61,354 nucleotides of DNA, taken from positions 148,271,581 through 148,332,934 of the forward strand of contig NC_068983.1 in NCBI RefSeq assembly GCF_001194135.2, given 5' to 3'. The notes beneath the pieces were generated by a model, which was not told where the DNA came from, searched no databases, and saw only the letters and a program-made list of their open reading frames with translations. Shown here in pieces: positions 51,831 through 61,354 of the stretch. A program made the position numbers and the translations under genes. The stretch comes from Octopus bimaculoides. Lineage: Eukaryota. How positions within the stretch are numbered: position 1 is the first letter of the stretch; the number at the start of each line of letters is the position of its first letter.

Positions 51831-53439
51831 AGCGTAGAGTCATTCTGTGGATAATTTAATGCCAATAATTCGAGATGGGTGTCCCTCTCAGTGTGTGGTG
51901 TAGGATGTGTGTGTGTTTCAGCAGTATTGACCCTGGTGTGGGGAAAAAACTCCACTCTTTACCTCACTTTTTGCTACCCACGGCTTGAACATACATATGT
52001 TCAATGGATTTCAAGCCGTTCTTTTTGGGATATCTGAGACCATATTTCCCAGTGAGTTCGCTCTTTACTTGAGTGTGATAGTGATGGTCGTTGACTGTCA
52101 GTGGTGCTAGCATTAGAGCATTCCTGAAATCTTACGAGCCCCAGGAAGGGCGAGTCTATATTCAAGATTTTAAAAATAACGATAATATAGATATTTGTCA
52201 GTTTTATAGCACAGTAGCGAACTCTTTATTCTCCAGTAGAGAGGCTGAAGTCTATTTCTGAATAAAGTGACTATGCTCTGCACATGGCTTACTACCGTAT
52301 CGACTAAATTATCAGTAGCCATATCATACTATTGATGACTACCCAGAGAAATCCGTCCAAAGGCTGAAATATGTGTGATCTCAAACATCAAATAATGCAC
52401 AAAACCAGAGAAATACAAACACAGAACATGCACGTAATTTAGAAGTACATGCATTAACGACTACACACACACAGCCAAATACGTATGCCTACGTGTGTGC
52501 CAGTGAATACACTAACACTTACTGACATACACACATGCCAGTATGTACATATATATATATATATATATATATANNNNNNNNNNNNNNNNNNNNNNNNNNN
52601 NNNNNNNNNNNNNNNNNNNNNNNNNNNNNNNNNNNNNNNNNNNNNNNNNNNNNNNNNNNNNNNNNNNNNNNNNNNNNNNNNNNNNNNNNNNNNNNNNNNN
52701 NNNNNNNNNNNNNNNNNNNNNNNNNNNNNNNNNNNNNNNNNNNNNNNNNNNNNNNNNNNNNNNNNNNNNNNNNNNNNNNNNNNNNNNNNNNNNNNNNNNN
52801 NNNNNNNNNNNNNNNNNNNNNNNNNNNNNNNNNNNNNNNNNNNNNNNNNNNNNNNNNNNNNNNNNNNNNNNNNNNNNNNNNNNNNNNNNNNNNNNNNNNN
52901 NNNNATATATATAAATAATACAGGTATATTTATGTATGTAGTCAAATGTGAATACATTAATAATTACTACTACATGACATATAGATGTTCACATAAGAAA
53001 ATACATGAGAAAACAAGCATACACTGCAAGAATTCAGCAACACTATGACGCGAAGATTACCATTTGAAAATTTAGAAGCAGCATGTTCTGTATCCTGGAT
53101 AAGGACATTAAGAGGCTTGTTGTATCTAGTGACATCTTACTTCAGAGCTTGACCAAAGAGCAAGTCATTGCCTACACGTTAGGACTGTAGTTTATTTACC
53201 ATCAGGAGTGGAAGTCATAGAATTCAAATTAGGGGTAAGTCGTGTCTTTCCACAACATCTATGATGGCATTACTCCAAAGACACTAATGACACCAGTCGT
53301 TAATTTTATACTTAAGCTAATATTTCTAAAAGTTACCAGCACCATGATAATCTCTTTTAAAATTTAACTTGTTTTGAACATGTTGGCAGGGATATACTAT
53401 TGATTAGACATGAGGTATCCAACATAGTAGGTTAACAGC

Positions 53440-53900
53440 TTTTAAACCCGCCAGCCTCACAAACGCCGCTGTGGATCCACTGTGGATTCTTTCGACCTCC
53501 ACCCATTATCGCACCATTAAAGTGTTGGCCGCATTCATCGCCATGCTACACTCGACGAGATCATAAATCATACCCAGCGTAACTGGACGGAGGGGACGGT
53601 AAAAGGCCGGACGGAATGACAATTTTCCCATTCCGCACTGGTTGGTACTTGATCTGGAATGTTAAAGTATTGGCCACTCCCTGACAGGTTTGTGGTGAAA
53701 CTTAGAACATTAGTGACCTCTGGAGTTCTTGGCTAACATACTACCACCCTGCTTTCTACTATCGAAGCAGAAATGGCTCGATGCAAGTATAAGCCCCGTG
53801 TATCAGAGTGGCGGTTCCAACGCGTCTCTCTCCCGCCATCCTCCGGCGTAATGCCTTTTCCCTTTTGTCCACATAGTTCAGACTGACAAGTCACTTATAA
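53440..53900. other. Unexplained GC/CpG-rich island
   Basis: Markedly higher GC and CpG than the flanks; no long ORF. Confidence 0.35.
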
Positions 53901-54902
53901 CAGTTGTATTTCTTGAGACAAACAGTCTATCAATGAAAGTTCTACCTATACACATTGATAACCTAATGCATCGATAGCTAGATAATCTGAGTTTAGATCT
54001 ATATGAGCCTAGCTCGAGCAAAGCTATAAATAAAAGCGTTCTGGTTATTTCTGTGACACAATATAACTAGGACTACATTGTCCTATGCACTTTTTTTTTC
54101 ATTTTTAAACGATTAGGTTTGAGTTGAAGGAGTTGTAAGAAATGTTATGCAAGTTAAGCAACCACGAACAGGTTACTTCATTATTATGAAGTCGTCGGGT
54201 AATTTTCGTTGTTATACCTCACTGTTACAATTTACAATCGACTGCATGAAAACACATCGCTCTTTGACCCAACTACTACATTATTTCATACTGTATTTGT
54301 TATGGTCTCGTCTGTATTTCCTAATTTCAAACATTCCCCATGCGTGAGAACCAGTGAGTGGAAAGAAAGGATTTGGAAAATGTGTTGTAAAAATCCCCTG
54401 CCGACAAACATAATATTTCAGTGGATTCCCAGAGTCAACCAACAAAAAATGGTACTATTCAGAGCGAAAGGAAACGAGAAGAAAAAACAAAGCTACAAAG
54501 GGAGAAAATAGGGAAAAAATAACATTGACGGAAGAGAAAATATTTGTGTGGTGAAATGCGATTAGAAAAGTAAACAAGTGTTGGAAAAGGATATCTTTAC
54601 TAGAGTTGTATGTGGCAACATGCCGCGTTAGGAAGAAATGCGCCATACAGGTGCAGTCCACACGCACGTAAGTATGAGTGTGCGTGCGTGTGTGGGTGTG
54701 TATATATATATAAATATATAAATATATATATANNNNNNNNNNNNNNNNNNNNNNNNNNNNNNNNNNNNNNNNNNNNNNNNNNNNNNNNNNNNNNNNNNNN
54801 NNNNNNNNNNNNNNNNNNNNNNNNNNNNNNNNNNNNNNNNNNNNNNNNNNNNNNNNNNNNNNNNNNNNNNNNNNNNNNNNNNACACACACACACACACAC
54901 AC

Positions 54903-55052
54903 ACGTTTGGTAATGTGGTTAGAAGTTTGCTTCCCAACCACAACTGTTCATGTTCAGTCCCGCTGCGTGCCACCTTGCGAAAGTGTCTTCTAGCACAGCT
55001 CTGGGACGACCAAGTGAGTAATTTGGTTGACAGAAACTGAAAGAAACCTGCT
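54903..55052 (+). mobile_element. Diverged SINE family B head/core
   Basis: AACCAC...GTTCAGTCCCGCTGCGTGCCACCTTG..AAGTGTCTTCTA...GACAGAAACTGAAAGAAACC. Confidence 0.75.
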
Positions 55053-55083
55053 GCATATGTAGCGCACGCGCACACACATTTGA

Positions 55084-55137
<54 letters not shown>
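55084..55137. repeat. (TAGA)n microsatellite
   Basis: Direct reading. Confidence 0.95.
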
Positions 55138-56119
55138 GCACACACATGTACAGATACACACTCATGCATTGCCTTGCCTTGAGTACTCAAATCCTGATGA
55201 ATACGAAAGGGTGCCGTCGTGATATATGGCATGCCTCACCGCTTTTATATCTAGAGGAATCTGCCCTCTCCACGCCTAACCATATCTGATTTCTCCAGAA
55301 TATTCTATATTGTAGCAGATGGGCTGAGTGAATGTAATAAAGTGAGAGAAGTAGCGCCGCCCCCAGTACATTAGACGTATTATTATTTTGCCGAAAGGAC
55401 CACCACAAAGTTATCTAGCAGTATACACATCGCTCAACGCTCTTCATCATAAATGGAAAGACAATGTTTTATGTACGGTAATGTGAAGGGGATGGTGATG
55501 GTATAATTATTAGGTATATGAAGTGAGATTGTGAAATATTTCATGAGTGGAATAAAGGAACCAATATCGCTTAATACGGAGAGAGTGGTGTTGGTCTAAC
55601 AATCAGTTAGTTGAAGTAAGAATATGAAATACCTCGCAAATGGAATAACAGATATAATAATGCCCGAGAAGGCACTAAAGACTCGCAGATTTTGGTTATA
55701 GGAGGAGGAAGACGTTCGGGTTGTAAATTTGATAGGACTTAAACTTTTGTGAACGCGGTTTGTTATCTTTATTGATAGTTGCGTGGCCTTTACAGGAAAA
55801 GGGGAGAGAGACCCTCCATAGTACAAAGTTTGCACAAGTTATTACTGATTTCATTTGCTTTGTCTCAAGAAATTACGGCTCATTTAAGGTTTTGTAGTAC
55901 TGAGGTGTATCCTTGTTGGTCAATGACTTTTAGGTTAGAGGGTTTTATAATGATAAAACATAGTTAAATGTATACTTAGAAGTGTTTGAGTGTGTGAATG
56001 TGTGAGCGTGTTTGTTTATGCGTGTGTATATGCGTACAGTGAAGAGAATTAGGAAAGGTCCTCAATCACAATCTGTCACAATATATTTAGTTCATTTTCC
56101 CCATCAATAGGCCATATAG

Positions 56120-56460
56120 AGTGAAGGCGCATGGCTAAGTGGTTAGAGCGTCGAGCTTACGATCGTGAGCTTCTGAGTTCGAATCCCGGACCGGGCTACA
56201 TGTTGTGTTCTTGAGCAAGACACTTTAGTTCACGTTGCTCCAATTCACACAGCTATAGAAATGAGTTGCGACGTCACAGGCGCCAACTCTATCGGCCTTT
56301 GCCTTTCCCTTGGATAACACTAGTGGCGTGGAGAGGGGAGACCGGTATGCATAGGCGACTGCTGGCCTTCCATAAACAACCTTGCCCGGACTTGTGTCTG
56401 GGAGGGTTACATTCTAGGTGCAATCCCATGGTCATTCATGACTGAAGGGTGGGTCTCAGC
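56120..56460 (+). mobile_element. Full-length SINE family A with perfect 11-bp TSD
   Basis: A-box TGGCTAAGTGG and B-box GAGTTCGAATCC. TSD AGGCCATATAG lies at 56109-56119 and 56461-56471. Confidence 0.95.
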
Positions 56461-56959
56461 AGGCCATATAGCTGATATTTCAATATGCAATGTCCGACTC
56501 TCATTTTAATAAGTTATTACACCTGCAGTTGTGCACCAGAGAGTTATAATGAACTTTGGGCATTTTATCTAAGCCTTACTCATGATGATAGTGGTTTTTG
56601 TGACCAATGAGGACCACAGGGTATTGATGACAGTTAAGGAAAGGTGATTAAACTGCCATTGTTTTCGATGCAAGAACGTTTACGTATGTGTAAATGGGCA
56701 CACGATTACATCTATAGGTGATTTGATTAATTGAATCTATTATTGACAGATCAGAAAAAAAAAAGAAAGCATGTTGTTCGATTGTCTTCAATGGTCATAT
56801 GCTTCCATATATACATGCTTATACTCTGATAAGGACTTAATTTAGCTCATGGGTCACTTTAATATACATCAGTTATAATGTTCTGACATCACCATTTAGA
56901 AAGTAGTCGTGCAGTTTAAACGATATCTGTTTTGGCGCTTTCATCATATACTCAAACGG

Positions 56960-57120
56960 TTGTGGCTAACTGTGAGAGTGGATTAGTTGAATCGTTACAG
57001 TATCTCACAAAATATTTCGCAGTATTATTTACGATCTTTTAACTTCTTACATCAAACTCCGTGAAAGTCGACGTCAAACTTCCGTCCCTGCAAGGTTGAT
57101 AAAATAAATAGCACTCGAGT
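56960..57120 (+). mobile_element. Highly diverged SINE family C
   Basis: GAATCGTTA...CAAAATATTT.GCAGTATT...AAAGTCGAC...GTTGATAAAATAAATA. Confidence 0.45.
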
Positions 57121-58891
57121 AATGGCCCAGTGTTTGCAAACGTTCCCTTTCAAAGAAAGACAACTCATATGTCTGATCGCACAAAGCTGAACATCCCTGA
57201 TCACCGAAAAGTCAAAAAGTTAATTTTAACTACCCAGACAGGTGACTCAATAAATATGTGTGTGTGCATATGTGTGTATATATATATGTGTATATAAATA
57301 TGTGCGTGTGCGCGCGCTTGAATTTGTGTGTGTGTGTGCGCGCGCGCATGCATGTGTGTGTGTATGTGCGTGAACATCAGCACTTTTGTATATGAGAATG
57401 CGCAATATGCAGTGTGCCATATGGAAACTATATGATAATAATAGCACGAGGTTGTATTTATTGCACATACATGCATCTAATCTTCCATTGAGCTTCAAAA
57501 TCCTTCTTCAGAAATATTTTACACACACACACATATGCACACATACAAGCGCACACACACGCGCGCGCACACATTTTATGGCTCTCTCTCTCTCTACCTC
57601 TCTCTCTCTCTCACGAATCACATCAACTTTTAAAAGTTTCAAAATGTAGTCATAAATGTGTATTATTTGCATGCCTGTACTTATGTAGTACGAGTATATA
57701 TATATAAGACACATGCACTATACTCGCGCACATAAGGATATACGTATATGAGCGCAACACTCAGATGCTCACACACATATGCACACATATATATATACAC
57801 ACCTACAAACATACGCACACGCACACATATTTATATATACAAATATATATTATTATTATTGTTATTATTATCATTATTATTAGAGACTTTATAGATACTG
57901 TATTTGATTTAATTCTTTTAAAATTTCTATTTTCAAAGTTGAATTTTTTTTTTTTTTAAATGAAACAACAAATAAAGAAATCACGTAAAAAATTATAAAA
58001 TGGTTCAATGCCGAACCCAAGCCCAACCTCAACTAAATAGAAAGAATAATCATTAAAATAATGATTGAAAAGTTAAATCTGAAAACTGAAATCGGAATAT
58101 TTAATTTCGTTTCTCTTCTACACCCATACATCTCACAGCTCTTCTGACCATAATAAAGATTTTCAATCAATAAAATCTGCCAGAATCATTGATTGTTAGT
58201 TGGTTTTTTTTTTTTGTTTTTTTGGTTTTTTTTTACACCATCCTAATTTCTTGACATTATATCGTGTGGGATTTTTTCCGGTTTTTATTTCTGCTTGCTT
58301 GTCATTTCTTTGTTTGTTTGTTTGTTAGTTTTTCAATAATTTGGTCCGTTTTATTTTATTTTATTTTNNNNNNNNNNNNNNNNNNNNNNNNNNNNNNNNN
58401 NNNNNNNNNNNNNNNNNNNNNNNNNNNNNNNNNNNNNNNNNNNNNNNNNNNNNNNNNNNNNNNNNNNNNNNNNNNNNNNNNNNNNNNNNNNNNNNNNNNN
58501 NNNNNNNNNNNNNNNNNNNNNNNNNNNNNNNNNNNNNNNNNNNNNNNNNNNNNNNNNNNNNNNNNNNNNNNNNNNNNNNNNNNNNNNNNNNNNNNNNNNN
58601 NNNNNNNNNNNNNNNNNNNNNNNNNNNNNNNNNNNNNNNNNNNNNNNNNNNNNNNNNNNNNNNNNNNNNNNNNNNNNNNNNNNNNNNNNNNNNNNNNNNN
58701 NNNNNNNNNNNNNNNNNNNNNNNNNNNNNNNNNNNNNNNNNNNNNNNNNNNNNNNNNNNNNNNNNNNNNNNNNNNNNNNNNNNNNNNNNNNNNNNNNNNN
58801 NNNNNNNNNNNNNNNNNNNNNNNNNNNNNNNNNNNNNNNNNNNNNNNNNNNNNNNNNNNNNNNNNNNNNNTATATATACATACACACACAA

Positions 58892-58939
<48 letters not shown>

Positions 58940-59649
58940 GTACCCATATATATACAAGCATATGCACATGCGCCTGTGTGTGGGTGGTTTTGTTTGCGTG
59001 CGTGTGTGTATATGTATAAAGAACGGCGCATGCTTTCACAAGATAAACTTTACCGTTTTTGTTGATGCATTGCCATTTCCTGCGTTTACAAATGAGTATA
59101 CAGAGATTAGAAGGTTGTGTATGGTCGTACTAATTGATCTTTCCTGCTTGTAACAGATGCATTTAGGTTTTGAAGCGTTGGCATAAATACCACAATCTTT
59201 TTCGCTTCCTCAAACTGATGAGAAGGATGGTAACTTCTGACATGACGTTTGCATAGAGTGCGGTAATTCATAATCTACATTTGTTGTTGATGCTCAGTAG
59301 TTAGGGCAAATGGACTCTGTTTAGAGTGAAGCTGATTTCTTTAATTTTGTAAAGTTATGTGAAAGACACAAGTCGGTTACGTATTATTTTATATCACACC
59401 ATTGTTGTCGAAGATGCTGGAATACTATTTCTTGCAGAGCAACGTTACGGCAATTACTGCTTCTTGGGAGATACTGTATGTGGGACTTTGCAGCACTAAG
59501 TGTCGATGGATGGAGACAAAAACTTTAGGGAGGTTTGCAAAAACCAAGAGTACATATAGATTTTTTTAACCTGATACTCTCAATGATTTTTAATAATTAT
59601 TAATTTCTGAGCAACAGGAAACTAAAGCACAATGTAATACATTTATAAC

Positions 59650-59691
<42 letters not shown>

Positions 59692-60573
59692 GACACACAC
59701 AGAAACAAACTCAACGCATATATACACACACACACATACATACATATATACATACATACATACAGTGATGAGTATTAAACAAACTTTTAGATAAGTTTAA
59801 ATATGTGAGGGGCAAGGTCATTTTTTTTTTACAACGGTTTGCTTTGGAGAAAATGTTCGCTTTAGGCAGCAGGTGTTAAAATACTAACAGTTATTGGAGA
59901 TCGCCTTCTATAAATCGATGAACGGATTCCAAACTATTTAGATATCTTCAGCATGGATACTATCTGAAGCAACCCTTAAATGACTTTGCAAGTCATTGCA
60001 ACCTGATAGAAAATTAATGAAAACCATCGCCGGCAGTCTCGAACAAAATTATGTAGCACGGACGCGAAACGACGATGTGAATTTTAAAATTATATAACGT
60101 TTAGAACGGTTCACATGTGTTTGGGTAATAACTGGCAAGTAAAATGTCAATGATAATTGACAAGTAAAATTCCATGAGCTTCCTTCTCTCCGTTAATCAG
60201 TTTCATATTTAATTTTACTATCAATTTACTGTCATTACATTATATCTAATTAAGAAATTTACAAATTAAATCAGGCTGAATGTTCTTAAAATGGATGAAA
60301 TATTACTTACTATATATGATTACCAGTAACTAGTAATTGTAAAAGCTACAATAATAACAAAATACACCATGGGTGTGTGGGTGTGGGTGTGTGTGTGTGT
60401 ATCGTTGCGTGTGTATCGTTGTGTGTATGTGTGTGTGTGTGTGTGAACTCTTCTTATGCTTTCTATTCCTTGATTTCAATCCTGCCTCATATTGTACGAA
60501 CGGCACTCACCTCCTTTTGTATTAACAGCCATCGAGAGAGCGGTACGCATACACGCACACATACAAACACACA

Positions 60574-60655
<82 letters not shown>

Positions 60656-61289
60656 GTATGATTAAACTTTATGATATACGTACGATTCCATAATCCAGTC
60701 CGTTGTCTTACGGAAATGCACATATACTATAAAGCTTCACATTTCAAAGTATGATTCTGCCTTTCTTATTACCATTTTATGTGGTTCAGACTTTGCATCT
60801 TAGATGATATGCTGATTGTTTTTCACACCATGTGGAATATAAAAGTTCACCGTATAGCTGATTACTAGACCCAAACTATCCGATAAGCTGTCGTACACTT
60901 CCAGCACACTGTTAATTGTGAGGGTATACGCGTATACATGTACACACACACACACACACACACACACACGTATATATATATACACTATACATCAAATGTA
61001 ATGTATGTATGTGTGTATTCGTTATAATATATATCAAAGACACACTCATATGCGTACACACATGCACATCCACATCCACACACATATGCGCACACGCACG
61101 ATCTGTGACATTCTGCCAATTTTAGAAATCATTATAAATACATATTAGCGCGCAGAAGGAAAATGGAGAATATTGAATTGCCAAATTTAGTTACGTTCCT
61201 TCGCTTTCTGTCTTTCTTTTCTTGTGTTGACAAAATGAAATCATTCGTTTAATCGAGTTTCCGATACGTTTTGAGCATTGCGCGTGCGC

Positions 61290-61300
61290 GTGTGTGTATG

Positions 61301-61354
<54 letters not shown>
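61290..61354. repeat. (TG)n microsatellite
   Basis: Direct reading. Confidence 0.95.

Noticed and set aside
55194-55225. CTGATGA-ATAC-GAAA...GTC
   Set aside because: Stems I, II and III do not pair.
59215-59245. CTGATGA-GAAG...CTTC hairpin
   Set aside because: The GAAA box is missing (TGAC instead); at best an unrecognisable relic.

Overview
This is AT-rich, microsatellite-saturated eukaryotic DNA from a gapped short-read scaffold, with 13 N-runs that mostly abut microsatellites. The SINE families and repeat landscape strongly suggest a coleoid cephalopod (Octopus-like); this is recognition, not a database result. I found no credible host protein-coding gene, rRNA, intact tRNA or CRISPR array. 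Most ORFs in the supplied track are microsatellite or N artefacts. The real coding signal is decayed transposons: two different Penelope-like (GIY-YIG) retroelements, two CR1-like LINE pieces, an RTE LINE, an R4/Dong-like RLE LINE, one clear and one weaker mariner, and a pogo transposase. There are also many tRNA-derived SINEs in three families. The most interesting signal is a recurring hammerhead-ribozyme (HHR) architecture. (i) A Penelope fragment is flanked by two identical, divergent minimal HHRs whose core carries a compensatory G3:C8 swap. (ii) A ~270-bp ORF-less element consists of two divergent HHRs with different lesions. (iii) A second Penelope 3' end carries a tRNA-Ser-like Pol III head followed by a decayed HHR. 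Also notable are a 127-nt multi-stem GC-rich island and two high-identity long inverted repeats.
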